This document shows, in pieces, positions 38,362 to 48,817 of a stretch of 64,000 nucleotides of DNA. A program made the translations under genes and the position numbers. This stretch comes from Phyllobacterium sp. (GTDB lineage: Bacteria; Pseudomonadota; Alphaproteobacteria; Rhizobiales; Rhizobiaceae). Positions within the stretch are counted from its first letter, which is position 1. Every line of letters starts with the position of its first letter. The stretch spans positions 59,044 to 123,043 of the forward strand of contig JBOHIW010000013.1 in the NCBI GenBank assembly GCA_050726055.1. The letters run 5' to 3'. The notes under the pieces were generated by a model. It worked only from the letters and a program-made list of their open reading frames with translations, had not been told where the DNA came from and ran no database searches.

Positions 38362-40458
38362 ATGGCAAACAAGGTCCAACTTTTGGACAATCGTTGGGAT
38401 GATCAGAAGGCGGCGAGCCTCGATGAGCCCGGCAAATTGCTGTATCGCTCAAATCTGCTTGGGGCCGACAAACGCATCACCAATTATGGCGGCGGCAACA
38501 CGTCGGCCAAGGTCACGGAAACCGATCCGCTGACCGGCCAGCCGGTTCAGGTGTTGTGGGTCAAGGGATCGGGCGGCGATGTTGGCACGATCAAGCTGGA
38601 CGGATTCGCAACGCTTTATCAGGACAAGCTCGAAGCGCTGAAGGGCATTTACAAGGGCGTCGAGGACGAAGACCGCATGGTCGGCTTCCTCCCGCATTGC
38701 ACCTTCAACCTGAACAGCCGCGCCGCCTCCATCGACACGCCGTTGCATGGTTTCGTGCCGTTCACGCATGTCGATCACATGCATCCCGATGCGATCATCG
38801 CGATTGCCGCGTCGAAGAACTCCAAAGAACTGACGCAGGAGATTTTCGGCGCTGAAATTGGCTGGCTGCCATGGCGTCGTCCGGGTTTCCAGCTTGGTCT
38901 CGATCTTGGCGCTTTCGTCAAGGCGAACCCGAATTCCAAGGGTGTCGTTCTCGAAAGCCACGGCTTGTTCACCTGGGCGAATGACGCCAGGGAATGCTAC
39001 GAACTGACGCTCGACATCATCAACAAGGCCATCGTCTGGTTTGAGGCGAAAACCGAAGGCAAGGCTGCTTTCGGCGGTTCGGTGACAAGCAGTTTGCCGG
39101 TTGAGGAGCGCCGCGCCATCGCTGCCCGTCTTGCCCCGTTGATCCGCGGCAAGATCGGCGTTGCGGAGCGCAAGCTCGGTCATTTCGACGATCAGGACGC
39201 GGTTCTGGAATTCGTCAATTCGAACGAGTTGCGTCCGCTGGCGATGCTGGGCACAAGCTGTCCGGACCACTTTCTGCGCACCAAGATCCGCCCGCTGGTT
39301 CTGGATTTCGATCCGGCCAAGCCCGATGTGGATGCCGTCGTTGCCGGTCTGGACAAGGCGCTGGACGATTACCGCGCCGATTACAGCCGCTATTACGAAA
39401 GCTGCAAGCACGCCAATTCACCCGCGATGCGTGATCCCAATCCGGTCATCTTCCTGATCCCCGGCGTTGGCATGCTGTCTTTCGCCCGCGACAAGGCAAC
39501 GGCGCGTATCGCCGGCGAGTTCTACGTCAATGCCATCAATGTGATGCGCGGCGCGTCCTCGGTTTCCGAATATCAGGGCCTGCCGGAACAGGAAGCCTTC
39601 GACATTGAATACTGGCTGTTGGAAGAGGCGAAGCTTCAGCGCATGCCAAAGCCGAAATCGCTCGCGGGCCGCGTTGCTTTTGTTACCGGTGGTGCCGGTG
39701 GCATTGGTCGCGCCACGGCTGAGCGGCTGATCGGAGAGGGCGCTTGCGTCATGCTTGCCGATATCGACGAAGCATCGCTCAAGAGCGCGCATGAGGATTT
39801 CGCCAGGCGGTTTGGCGCGGATGCGGTGCGCAGCGTCAAGCTCAATGTGACGGCGGAAGCGGATGTCAAATCGTCTTTCGCGGAAGCCTGCATCGAATTC
39901 GGTGGTCTCGATATTCTGGTTTCCAATGCCGGAATCGCATCGTCGGCGTCGATTGAAAATACCGAGCTGGCAATGTGGAACCGTAACATCGACATTCTGG
40001 CGACCGGCTATTTCCTCGTCTCGCGCGAGGCGTTTCGCCTGTTCCGCCGTCAGAACCTCGGTGGCAATGTGGTCTTCGTCGCATCCAAGAACGGTCTGGC
40101 CGCGTCGCCCGGCGCTTCGGCCTATTGCGCGGCCAAGGCCGCGGAAATCCATCTCGCCCGCTGTCTCGCGCTGGAGGGCGCGGAGGCTGGCATCCGCGTC
40201 AACACGGTCAACCCGGATGCGGTTCTGCGTGGTTCGAAGATCTGGAACGGCGAATGGCGCGAGCAGCGCGCGGCATCGTCGAAGATCGAGGTCGAGGATC
40301 TGGAGGAGCATTACCGCAAGCGCTCTCTGCTGAAACTCAATGTCTTCCCGGAAGATATCGCCGAAGCGATCTATTTCCTGGCATCCGATTTGTCGGCCAA
40401 GTCCACCGGCAATATCATCAATGTCGATGCTGGCAACCAGCAGAGTTTCACGCGCTGA
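38362..40458 (+). CDS. rhaD: Bifunctional rhamnulose-1-phosphate aldolase / short-chain dehydrogenase
   Basis: NYGGGNTS, ASIDTPLH, DHMHPD class II aldolase part; C-terminal SDR (TGGAGGIG, NAG, YCAAK); GGAGG RBS. Confidence 0.93.
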   Translation: MANKVQLLDNRWDDQKAASLDEPGKLLYRSNLLGADKRITNYGGGNTSAKVTETDPLTGQPVQVLWVKGSGGDVGTIKLDGFATLYQDKLEALKGIYKGVEDEDRMVGFLPHCTFNLNSRAASIDTPLHGFVPFTHVDHMHPDAIIAIAASKNSKELTQEIFGAEIGWLPWRRPGFQLGLDLGAFVKANPNSKGVVLESHGLFTWANDARECYELTLDIINKAIVWFEAKTEGKAAFGGSVTSSLPVEERRAIAARLAPLIRGKIGVAERKLGHFDDQDAVLEFVNSNELRPLAMLGTSCPDHFLRTKIRPLVLDFDPAKPDVDAVVAGLDKALDDYRADYSRYYESCKHANSPAMRDPNPVIFLIPGVGMLSFARDKATARIAGEFYVNAINVMRGASSVSEYQGLPEQEAFDIEYWLLEEAKLQRMPKPKSLAGRVAFVTGGAGGIGRATAERLIGEGACVMLADIDEASLKSAHEDFARRFGADAVRSVKLNVTAEADVKSSFAEACIEFGGLDILVSNAGIASSASIENTELAMWNRNIDILATGYFLVSREAFRLFRRQNLGGNVVFVASKNGLAASPGASAYCAAKAAEIHLARCLALEGAEAGIRVNTVNPDAVLRGSKIWNGEWREQRAASSKIEVEDLEEHYRKRSLLKLNVFPEDIAEAIYFLASDLSAKSTGNIINVDAGNQQSFTR

Positions 40459-40515
40459 TCTGGGAGCGGCGGAGCTGGTCCGCCGTGTCTTATCTCGTTT
40501 CTGGGGGAGAAATTG

Positions 40516-41808
40516 ATGACCGAATTGAAGATCGCGCCGGATTTCGTCGCTGAGGAAAACAACAGGCGCGCGGCGGCGTTGAAATCCGATTATGAGGCGC
40601 TTGGCGCGCATCTCGCCCGCCGCACAATCGATATCGAAGCCATCACCGCCAAGGTGGCTGAGTTTTTTGTGGCCGTGCCTTCGTGGGGCGTCGGCACCGG
40701 CGGAACGCGGTTTGGCCGCTTCCCGGGCACTGGTGAGCCGCGAGGCATTTTCGACAAGCTCGACGATTGCGCGGTGATCCAGCAACTGACCCGTGCGACG
40801 CCCAATGTCTCGCTGCATATCCCATGGGACAAGGCCGATCCGAAGCAACTCAAGGCCCATGCGCAGGCGCTGGGCCTTGGCTTCGACGCCATGAATTCCA
40901 ACACCTTCTCCGACGCGCCGGATCAGGCGAAAACATACAAATTCGGCTCGCTGAGCCATGTCGATGCGGGCACGCGCGCGCAGGCGATCGAGCACAACAT
41001 CGAATGCATCGAGATCGGCAATGCCATCGGCTCCAAGGCACTGACGGTCTGGATCGGCGATGGTTCGAATTTCCCCGGACAGAGCAATTTCACCCGGCAG
41101 TTCGAGCGCTATCTCGCGGCCATGGGTGAAGTCTACAAGGCGCTGCCGGATGACTGGCGCATCTTCTCCGAACACAAGATGTATGAGCCCGCCTTCTATT
41201 CGACGGTCGTGCAGGACTGGGGCACGAACTATCTGATCGCGCAGACGCTCGGTCCCAAGGCGTTCTGCCTTGTCGATCTCGGCCATCATGCCCCCAACAC
41301 CAATATCGAGATGATCGTGGCGCGGCTGATCCAGTTCGGAAAGCTTGGCGGCTTCCATTTCAACGATTCGAAATATGGCGACGACGATCTCGACGCCGGT
41401 TCCATCGATCCCTATCGCCTGTTCCTCGTTTTCAACGAACTGGTGGATGCGGAAGATCGTGGAGCGAGGGGTTTTCATCCCGCGCACATGATCGACCAGT
41501 CGCACAATGTGACGGACCCGATCGAGAGCCTGATTTCCAGCGCCAACGAAATCCGCCGTGCCTTTGCGCAGGCGCTTCTCGTCGATCGCAAGGCGCTTGC
41601 CGGTTATCAGGATGAGAATGATGCGCTTATGGCCTCGGAATCGCTGAAGCGGGCCTATCGCACCGATGTCGAGCCGATCCTTGCCGAAGCGCGGCGTCGT
41701 GCCGGTGGCGCCATCGATCCGCTCGCCGCCTATCGGGCCAGCGGATACCGCGGGAAGGTGGCGGGCGAGCGTCCGGTTTCTACTGCCGGAGGCGGCGGCA
41801 TCGTCTGA
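40516..41808 (+). CDS. rhaI: L-rhamnose isomerase (Rhizobium type)
   Basis: PSWGVGTGGTRF, VSLHIPWD, EHKMYEP, DLGHH, HFNDSKYGDDDL, DQSH. Confidence 0.93.
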   Translation: MTELKIAPDFVAEENNRRAAALKSDYEALGAHLARRTIDIEAITAKVAEFFVAVPSWGVGTGGTRFGRFPGTGEPRGIFDKLDDCAVIQQLTRATPNVSLHIPWDKADPKQLKAHAQALGLGFDAMNSNTFSDAPDQAKTYKFGSLSHVDAGTRAQAIEHNIECIEIGNAIGSKALTVWIGDGSNFPGQSNFTRQFERYLAAMGEVYKALPDDWRIFSEHKMYEPAFYSTVVQDWGTNYLIAQTLGPKAFCLVDLGHHAPNTNIEMIVARLIQFGKLGGFHFNDSKYGDDDLDAGSIDPYRLFLVFNELVDAEDRGARGFHPAHMIDQSHNVTDPIESLISSANEIRRAFAQALLVDRKALAGYQDENDALMASESLKRAYRTDVEPILAEARRRAGGAIDPLAAYRASGYRGKVAGERPVSTAGGGGIV

Positions 41809-41822
41809 TTTTTGAACGCGGG

Positions 41823-41848
41823 AACCCGGATGTCAGGACATCCGGGTT
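41823..41848. terminator. Probable bidirectional terminator
   Basis: Perfect AACCCGGATGTC/GACATCCGGGTT hairpin followed by T residues, between convergent rhaI and pgm. Confidence 0.7.
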
Positions 41849-41866
41849 TTTGCATCATAGGACCAA

Positions 41867-43516
<1,650 letters not shown>

Positions 43517-43922
43517 TCAAATGTGAGCGATCGAACTCGACTGGCGTGCGAATCGCAGGGGGCAGCGAAACCGCGGTTCGTGGCGAAAACTGGATGCCGG
43601 GGGGCGATCCGGCGGAAATAGAGGCGGTGTTGTCATCAACAATTGTATCGGCGAGGTTTGCCTTGCGTGAAAGCCTGAGATTACAGCCATTCGGCGATCT
43701 GTAAAGTTTCGTCAAGGCGACCTTCCTTTTTGGTGGCACCCGTCAAGTGGGTGCTCTTGTGTTCTTTCATACTCCGCCGTCAGAAATGTGAACGTCCGGC
43801 AACAAGGCTCGGCAACAAAACAATGCGTCCTGTAGCGCCGCCATGTGACGCGGTTGCATGTGATGTTGTGGCGTTCTATGCCTTTTCGCGCCTGCATGAG
43901 TGCTAGAAACGGGAGGTTTCAC

Positions 43923-44849
43923 ATGATCCTTTGCTGCGGCGAGGCATTGATCGACATGTTGCCGCGCAGGAGCGCCGAAGGCGAGGCCGCCTATGCGCCA
44001 TTGGCAGGTGGGGCGCTTTTCAACACGGCGATCGCGCTCGGCCGGCTCGGCGTGCCGACCGGCTTTTTCACCGGCATATCCTCGGATTTTTTTGGGGAGT
44101 TGCTGCGCGATACATTGGCTCAAAGCCATGTCGACAACAGCTATTGCGCCGTGTCGCATCGTCCGACAACGCTGGCCTTCGTCCGGCTTGTCGACGGGCA
44201 GGCGCGGTATACTTTCTACGACGAGAACACCGCAGGGCGGATGTTGAGCGAAATCGATATTCCGGCGATCGGAAATGACGTTAGCGCCATGATTTTCGGC
44301 GCGATCAGCCTCATCAACGATCCCGCCGGGGCCGCTTATGAAGCGTTGATGAAACGGGAATATCGCCATCGCGTGATGATGCTCGACCCGAATATCCGCC
44401 CGGGTTTCATCAAGGACCGCGAAAGCCATCAGGCACGCATCCGGCGCATGGTGGAAATGGCCGACATCGTCAAGCTTTCGGGCGAGGATCTCGCCTGGTT
44501 TGGCGAGGAGGGCGAGACGGATGCGATTGTCGCGCGCTGGCTGGAGCATGGGCCAAGGTTGATCGCCATCACGAAAGGCGCTGAAGGCGCGGTGGCCTAT
44601 ACCGCCCGTCACAAGGTGACTGTCCCGACGCGGCCTGTCCTGGTCGCGGATACGGTTGGCGCGGGCGATACGTTCAATGCGGGGCTGCTCGCGGCGCTGC
44701 ATGGGGGTGGGCTGCTGTCGAAACCGTTGATCCGGAACCTCGACGAGGGCCAGATTCGCGCCGCCCTCGATCTCGGCATTCGCGCCGCCTCGGTGACTGT
44801 CTCGCGTCCCGGCGCCAATCCGCCATGGCGCAACGAGCTTTCCCTGTAG
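43923..44849 (+). CDS. PfkB family carbohydrate kinase (fructokinase-like)
   Basis: GEALID, GGALFNTA.ALGRLG, DPNIRP, VKLS.ED, DTVGAGD; GGAGG RBS before ATG 43923. Confidence 0.9.
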   Translation: MILCCGEALIDMLPRRSAEGEAAYAPLAGGALFNTAIALGRLGVPTGFFTGISSDFFGELLRDTLAQSHVDNSYCAVSHRPTTLAFVRLVDGQARYTFYDENTAGRMLSEIDIPAIGNDVSAMIFGAISLINDPAGAAYEALMKREYRHRVMMLDPNIRPGFIKDRESHQARIRRMVEMADIVKLSGEDLAWFGEEGETDAIVARWLEHGPRLIAITKGAEGAVAYTARHKVTVPTRPVLVADTVGAGDTFNAGLLAALHGGGLLSKPLIRNLDEGQIRAALDLGIRAASVTVSRPGANPPWRNELSL

Positions 44850-44960
44850 GGATACACGTTCCGGTTGCTCCCTTGCCGCTTGCGCATGAAAAAAGAGGGG
44901 CTATAACAGCGCCCTTGTGCTGGCGGCCGCAAGGGCCGTTGATATCTGGGCCTTGAATCC

Positions 44961-45794
44961 ATGAACTCCGAAAACACCCTGCTCTGCGTATTTTCATACA
45001 ATATGGGAGATGCGCTGAAGAACTGCATTGAATCCATGATGAAAATGTGCGGCGCCTTCGATGCCATCCTCATCGATGACGACAGCACAGATCCAAAAAC
45101 GATTGGCCATATCGAAGACTATCGGTCTGCGTTCATCGATGTTTTCACGAATACGTCACCAAAGATCGGCAAGCGGCATGGAAACCTCTACGACAATATC
45201 CAGATGTCGTATGAATACGCGCTCAACAATGGATATGAGTATGTCTTCTTTATTCAGGATGACATGCAGTTTGTTCGGCCAATGGATGAGCATATCTGCA
45301 AGGAATACGCGCTGTTGTTCGATAGTAGCGACAAGGTCATTCAGGTCGACCCGCGGTTTCTTCGCAACAGGAGCGGCTATGAAATACTGGGCGATATCAA
45401 GGCCTATCGCTATGACAGCGAAACATCCTATGCCGATGTCGGCATCACTCATGTCGGGCGGCTGAAGGCAATCAACTGGGCCTTCGGCGAGGGCGAGCGG
45501 GCGAACAAGGAACGCCTGTCCCGATTGGGATATATGCGATTGTTTCCCCATTCCCCGATCATAATGCATGTGCCTTTTCCGCAGGTATTCAGAAACGGGC
45601 GCAAGCGTTTCGATCCGTTTCTCCTCAACAGGGGGACATATGGATTTGAATATATGTCCGGTCCCGAAATTGAGAAGATGGACAGAAGGCCGGTCGAGGA
45701 CATACCCTATTTTCGCGATTTTCTCCGGCCAAGGAACATGAAGCTGGCGCGTCTTCTCTATGATCGCCGGGCGGACGGGAAGATATTCGCCTGA
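44961..45794 (+). CDS. GT-A fold glycosyltransferase (GT2-like)
   Basis: N-terminal beta-strand (CVFSYN), IDDDSTD, FIQDD DxD-like motif. Confidence 0.7.
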   Translation: MNSENTLLCVFSYNMGDALKNCIESMMKMCGAFDAILIDDDSTDPKTIGHIEDYRSAFIDVFTNTSPKIGKRHGNLYDNIQMSYEYALNNGYEYVFFIQDDMQFVRPMDEHICKEYALLFDSSDKVIQVDPRFLRNRSGYEILGDIKAYRYDSETSYADVGITHVGRLKAINWAFGEGERANKERLSRLGYMRLFPHSPIIMHVPFPQVFRNGRKRFDPFLLNRGTYGFEYMSGPEIEKMDRRPVEDIPYFRDFLRPRNMKLARLLYDRRADGKIFA

Positions 45795-45816
45795 TGCGGG
45801 GGGCCTGAAAAGCAAT

Positions 45817-46731
45817 ATGCGGTTTCGTTCGGCACGGCCACTGCGGCGCTCGCTCATCAAAATCCTGTCGCCGGTTTTCTGGGGGCGCGGCAGGGCGCAT
45901 AATCACGACTGGTGGCCCTTTCTCACGATCACGCGCGAAGCGAATGGCGAGCCGGGCGAAGCCGTCTATAAGGGGAAGGGCGTCGCGCGTCTTCATCCGC
46001 CGGAGCACCTGAAAAAGCACTCGCGGCAGCATATTCATATCATCGGCTCCGGTCCCTCCATCGCCATGAACGACCTGCCGCGGCTGGAGGCAGGTTCCGC
46101 GATCCTTCTCAACGGCGCGATCGATCTGATTGGAACGTCGATTGCCGATCCGCTTGCAATTGCAATCGAGGACGAGCGATTTGTCTCGCGTCATTTTCCG
46201 ATGATGCGGGAGAAAATACCGGAAACCGCGACCTGCCTTTTTTCTGTCGGAGTTTTGAGGGCTATCTGCGAACTGAACCCCGGCTGGCTCGCGGCGAAAA
46301 CGATCATACTGATCGATGATCTGCGCAAGCCCTACGGTTCCGGCAGAAAAACCTACGACGAACTGGAAAAGCTTCCCTTCATTCGAACGAACCAATCCCA
46401 TATGGCGGCGTTGTCGCTGGACCCCACGGAGGGCACGGTCGGGGCCGGCTCCGTGGCGGTGACAGCATTGCAATTTGCGATCTATTGCCATCCCCAGGGC
46501 ATCGGCCTGTTCGGCATCGATATATCGAACGCCAACGCGCCGCGCTTCTATGAGACGGAGGGGACCATGGCCAAGTCGGGAATAGCGAGCGCCGAGGACC
46601 GATTGCTTGCCCATTTCGCCCTGGCCCGGAGCATTTGTGACGAAGTGGAGATCGCGCTTTGGAATTTCTCGCCCATATCGGCACTGCTGAAGATCGGGCT
46701 GGAATATGACGCGCGCTTCCGGAAAGAATAG
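45817..46731 (+). CDS. WaaZ/LpcB-like CMP-Kdo transferase (GT73-like), LPS core modification
   Basis: IIGSGPS, LLNGA, IEDERF, GSVAVTALQFA, GIDIS...RFYE and WNFS match, in order, my recollection of the E. coli WaaZ blocks (LSGPT, AVNGS, TDVRF, TIAFAAIQIA, GLDL...RFYD, YNLS). Confidence 0.62.
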   Translation: MRFRSARPLRRSLIKILSPVFWGRGRAHNHDWWPFLTITREANGEPGEAVYKGKGVARLHPPEHLKKHSRQHIHIIGSGPSIAMNDLPRLEAGSAILLNGAIDLIGTSIADPLAIAIEDERFVSRHFPMMREKIPETATCLFSVGVLRAICELNPGWLAAKTIILIDDLRKPYGSGRKTYDELEKLPFIRTNQSHMAALSLDPTEGTVGAGSVAVTALQFAIYCHPQGIGLFGIDISNANAPRFYETEGTMAKSGIASAEDRLLAHFALARSICDEVEIALWNFSPISALLKIGLEYDARFRKE

Positions 46732-46823
46732 GCCGTCGGGTTTGCGTTTCTGTCCAATCGAAATAGAGAACTGAAAGACCGCGCGGCAAGCGCCGCGCCG
46801 AGCGTGCGAATACGGAGAAGAAG

Positions 46824-47738
46824 ATGAGCTGGTTCAAGAAAGCGCCGCCCTATACCAAGCAGATCAAGATACAGCCGCCCGTCGCCCGATCCGACCGTTC
46901 AGGCATCGCCATTGCCGCCGTCGTCAAGAATGAAGGCAGCTACATTGGCGAATGGCTCCGGTTCCACAGGGCCGTGGGTATCAGCCATTTTATCATCTAT
47001 GATGACGCCTCATCGGACGATACGCTCTCGGTTCTTCGCGACTGCCTCTCCGAGAGCGAGTTGACTGTCGTTCCCTGGGCGGGGCGCATGACGGACGCGT
47101 CAACGGGCAATCTGTTGAATTCGCAAGTGATTGCGTTCTGCCACGCGATATTGAATTTCGGTAGCCGGTTCCGGTGGATGGCATTCATCGACGTGGATGA
47201 GTTTCTCCTACCCAAGACCGGGCGCACCGTTGAAGAAGCCATGCAAAAGGTCAACGGCTTCCCGAACGTCTCGTTGCCATGGCACATGTTTGGCAGCAAC
47301 GGTCACAATAAGCGACCGGCGGGGCCGGTGGCGAGAAACTATACCAAGCGCGGAGCCGACCCGCTCAGCCGAAAGAAGAACGCGTCGAACTTCAAATGCA
47401 TTGTCGACCCGTGCGAGGTCACGGAAGTCAGCGTCCATCATTTTGAAACACGCGCGTTCGGGTCGCTGACCGCCAATGATGTCGGGTTCAGGGCAACCCG
47501 AAAAGGCCGGAAAAAGGCCAACTTCTATTCGGCGGACTGTCTCCAGCTCAATCACTATTATGGCAAGTCGGACGAAGAGTTGCAGGCGAAGCTCGATCGC
47601 GGACCAGCCTCTCCGGCGTCAAGGCAGCGCTACGAGCATCGGGTTCGGACGGCGGTCGAGAACATCGAGGCGGATCTGGTCGAGGACGATACGATGCTGC
47701 GCTTTCTGGAGCAGAACGGGATAGAGCTCGAAAACTGA
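46824..47738 (+). CDS. Glycosyltransferase, GT92/Glyco_tranf_2_4-like
   Basis: AVVKNEG.YI.EWL.FH, YDD.S.DDT, WMAFIDVDEFL, K.IVDP, QLNHY. Confidence 0.8.
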   Translation: MSWFKKAPPYTKQIKIQPPVARSDRSGIAIAAVVKNEGSYIGEWLRFHRAVGISHFIIYDDASSDDTLSVLRDCLSESELTVVPWAGRMTDASTGNLLNSQVIAFCHAILNFGSRFRWMAFIDVDEFLLPKTGRTVEEAMQKVNGFPNVSLPWHMFGSNGHNKRPAGPVARNYTKRGADPLSRKKNASNFKCIVDPCEVTEVSVHHFETRAFGSLTANDVGFRATRKGRKKANFYSADCLQLNHYYGKSDEELQAKLDRGPASPASRQRYEHRVRTAVENIEADLVEDDTMLRFLEQNGIELEN

Positions 47739-47740
47739 TA

Positions 47741-48817
47741 TCAGCCTTCCGTCTTGAGGGCTGTAGCACTGCGCATCAGCAGCGCCACGAGATCGGCCTG
47801 CCGGCTGGTCTGGGTTTTTCGGAAGATGTTCTGGAGGTGGAAGGTGATCGTCGTCTGGGCGACGCCCATCTCCGCGCCTATTTCATCGAGCCTTTTTCCG
47901 TCGGTCAGGGCAGCGGCCAATCGGGCTTCCGTCGGCGTGAGGCCGTAGAGATGGGCGGCCACCAGCGGAGAAAGCGGCGAGCGGCGTTCCGGATCGACGA
48001 TGAAGACGGCGGTGCTGAGGGACGAGAGGTTCTCCTCGGCACGCAAGGAATTGACTTCAACGAGCAGGGGCAGGCGGAGGCTTCTCGGCAGCGTGATCGT
48101 CCTGCGGGCGGCGGGCGTGCTGGCGACATCGGCGAGAGCCTGTTTCAGCGACTGGGTTGCCGGAGGCGTTGCGCCGCGCAAACCTGTATTGCCCCATGCA
48201 ATGCCGTCGGCTTCCGTGATGAGGTCGCGCGCAGTGCTGTTCATGAACTTCATTGCGCCGCCGGTTTCAAGCAGGATGACACCCGCGGCCATTCTGTCGA
48301 GCGTGCTGCCGATGGCCGCTATCGCGTCGCTCGCCCCTCTGGCCGCCAGAGCCGTGAGAGCCTTGCGTTCCTGCTCGAACCCGGCGAGCCCGGCGTTGCG
48401 CATGCGTTGGACCTGCGCCAGACGCGCCTGGATCGTCGCAAGAAGAACGTCATAGTCGATTGGTTTGACCAGATAGTCGTCAGCGCCTGCGGTCTTGCCG
48501 TGGATGATGTGTTCCCGGTCTGCAAGCGCGGTCAGGAATACGAAAGGCACATCGCCGAAATGCGGCCAGCGGCGGCGCATTTCCTTCATGAACTCAAAAC
48601 CGCCCATGACGGGCATCGTGATGTCGCAGAGCACCAGATCCGGCCTTCGCTCGTCAAGAAGGTCCAGAGCCTCGCGCCCGTTGCCAGCCGCCATGACATC
48701 ATGGCCGGCGGCCATCAGTTCCTCGACGATATCCGACCGCAGGTCGCTCTCGTCCTCCACGCAGAGGATCAGAGAGGTTGCGGATGATGGGTTGGGGCCG
48801 ATGGTGTCCCGGTTCAT
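47741..48817 (-). CDS. Response regulator with REC - PAS-like - LuxR HTH architecture
   Basis: VEDE, LCDITMP (phospho-Asp), FLTAL, DDYLVKP; central GVILL...FMNSTA PAS-like segment; LTPTEARLA..L..G...EIG..MGV...TI.FHLQNIFRK LuxR HTH. Confidence 0.9.
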   Translation of the reverse strand: MNRDTIGPNPSSATSLILCVEDESDLRSDIVEELMAAGHDVMAAGNGREALDLLDERRPDLVLCDITMPVMGGFEFMKEMRRRWPHFGDVPFVFLTALADREHIIHGKTAGADDYLVKPIDYDVLLATIQARLAQVQRMRNAGLAGFEQERKALTALAARGASDAIAAIGSTLDRMAAGVILLETGGAMKFMNSTARDLITEADGIAWGNTGLRGATPPATQSLKQALADVASTPAARRTITLPRSLRLPLLVEVNSLRAEENLSSLSTAVFIVDPERRSPLSPLVAAHLYGLTPTEARLAAALTDGKRLDEIGAEMGVAQTTITFHLQNIFRKTQTSRQADLVALLMRSATALKTEG

